DNA of 61,186 nucleotides, filler included, from Basidiobolus ranarum (Eukaryota): NCBI GenBank assembly GCA_040143965.1. It is 20 parts of 20 records of this genome, joined end to end, with 100 filler letters (N's around TTAATTAATTAA, not from the genome) between each part and the next. Parts side by side here need not be neighbours in the genome. Positions count along the whole stretch, not along the records: positions 58,234 to 61,186 come from JASJQH010002834.1; 19 more parts are not named here. One strand, 5' to 3'. Shown piece by piece: positions 60,511 to 61,186 of this stretch (position 1 is its first letter; each line of letters starts with the position of its first letter). The notes under the pieces were generated by a model. It saw only the letters and a program-made list of their open reading frames with translations, ran no database searches and was not told where the DNA came from. The position numbers and the translations under genes were made by a program.

Positions 60511-61186
60511 TGATGATTGAGGAGTGCAGAGTTCAATCCAATCTTGGCAACCAGGTATTTGTGGGTCTTCTTACACTTTGACCACAGCTGATGGACAACT
60601 ATTGCTTGTTACAGACCTGTTACAAGTGGAAAATACTTGTCAATTGTATGACATATAATCTTTCAGCAATTAAACTATGTTGATGTCAAAATGGTTGTTT
60701 GGCTTTCACTGGTGATGTGAGAAACCTGAAGTCATGTACAGTTTGCACACAATTGGCAATCACTGAACCAGGTAAGTCTCATTTGCATAAGGCTTACAAA
60801 CCATTGATTCCCCATCTCAAAGTTTTGATGAAATCACCAAAATATAGATCATTGATCCAATACCAAAGTAATCACTGTAAAGCTGATGATATTAATGATA
60901 TACCTGATAGATGTCACTACCAGAATTGGAAAAGTAAAGGTTTTATTAAGAACACATATGATCATGCATTTGGATTGGCTCTGGATGGCTTCTCACTAAG
61001 CAAATATACCATTGGAAAGGCTTGCTTGCCAATAGTTTGATTAACTTAAACCTTCCTCCTTCTGAAAGGTATGAGAGTAATAATATTTTGATACTATCCA
61101 TCATAGATGGACCTAAATCACCAATGCTTATGGATAGATTCTTGGAGCCTTTGATTGCAGAACTTTAATTGTTATACTTGTTCCAT
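60511..61186 (+). mobile_element. Second CACTA transposase copy abutting the first (nested insertion)
   Basis: SCTVCTQLA..YDHAFGLALDGF..NLPPSE repeats the sequence at 58234-58690. Confidence 0.8.

Overview
This window is not one contiguous locus. It is 20 short scaffolds (2980 down to 2953 bp, sorted by decreasing length) joined by artificial 100-nt N/TTAATTAATTAA/N spacers, so neighbourhood arguments hold only within a scaffold. The DNA is eukaryotic and fungal: short GT-AG introns, AT-rich, with fungal-type cyclin, NRPS-like and TauD genes. An early-diverging, Basidiobolus-like fungus is plausible, but that is inference. More than half of the window is decayed, nested and strongly CpG-depleted transposon DNA (Ty1/copia, chromodomain Ty3/gypsy, CACTA/En-Spm). 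Recognisable genes are a 7-exon cyclophilin H head-to-head with a probable gamma-tubulin complex (GCP6-like) gene, an ABCB/MDR transporter half, a Pho85/Pcl-type cyclin, an LRR fragment, a bacterial-like alpha/beta hydrolase, an NRPS-like A-T gene lacking its TE domain, and decayed 2OG-Fe(II) dioxygenases. The best candidates for something new are: (i) a tandem array of secreted prepro-proteins with an acidic pro-region, an RR site and a 72-aa Gly/Arg/Phe-rich cationic peptide ending in an Asp/Cys tail; (ii) a coding Ty1/copia element whose LTR contains a 73-nt tRNA-like cloverleaf, absent from a sister element's LTR; (iii) three tandem TGACTCA-TATA-AATAAA units with no shared AUG ORF; (iv) a divergent pair of Tyr-rich charge-block repeat proteins. 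All calls are by eye; no searches were run.
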